Positions 63,946 through 64,000 of a stretch of 64,000 bases of DNA are shown piece by piece. The number at the start of each line of letters is the position of its first letter. Positions within the stretch are counted from its first letter, which is position 1. Location of the stretch: positions 1-64,000 of the IMG/VR virus record IMGVR_UViG_3300023184_003179; one strand, 5' to 3'. Source of the stretch: a virus. The translations under genes were made by a program, and so were the position numbers. The notes beneath the pieces were generated by a model that did not search any database, was not told where the DNA came from, and saw nothing but the letters and a program-made list of their open reading frames with translations.

Positions 63946-64000
63946 CTATTGAGACGCTCTACCTTCACCTTGTGGATTACGTCCAGACACTGTAGTTGTT
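63946..64000 (-). CDS. C-terminal end of the upstream gene (probably portal), truncated
   Basis: ...TTTVSGRNPQGEGRASQ*; portal is inferred from position only. Confidence 0.45.
   Translation of the reverse strand, partial: TTTVSGRNPQGEGRASQ

Noticed and set aside
1-64000. Stop-codon reassignment, integrase or prophage boundaries
   Set aside because: TAA, TAG and TGA all terminate full-length conserved genes under code 11; no integrase, att-like junction or host housekeeping block was seen

Overview
64 kb of a large, AT-rich tailed phage genome (siphovirus-type tail, HK97-fold head). A WhiB gene, leaderless-type promoters and a host-like surface protein point to an actinobacterial host, probably a freshwater lineage (inference). 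Layout: tRNAs and a plus-strand glycan-modification operon (1-7001); a minus-strand accessory region (Stealth-like protein, flavin halogenase, second sugar locus, WhiB, thioredoxin, nuclease, Hsp20, tRNAs, Ntn protease, CHAP endolysin, large surface proteins; 7-27 kb); terminase (27-29.6 kb); recombination/replication genes (RuvC, Cas4-like, RecA, DnaE, SSB, primase, DnaB; 30-42 kb); and tail and head genes (42.4-64 kb). Best leads: (1) a C-terminal K-x-[VIL]-W-x-G-x(1-2)-F peptide shared by the protease/scaffold and two distant small proteins, a candidate capsid cargo-loading signal; (2) tail chaperones G and GT encoded as duplicated separate genes rather than by frameshift; (3) a promoter-bearing ~85-nt three-way-junction RNA; (4) a ROSE-like thermometer on the phage hsp20; (5) a possible host-surface remodelling kit. 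All assignments come from motif reading by eye; no searches were run.
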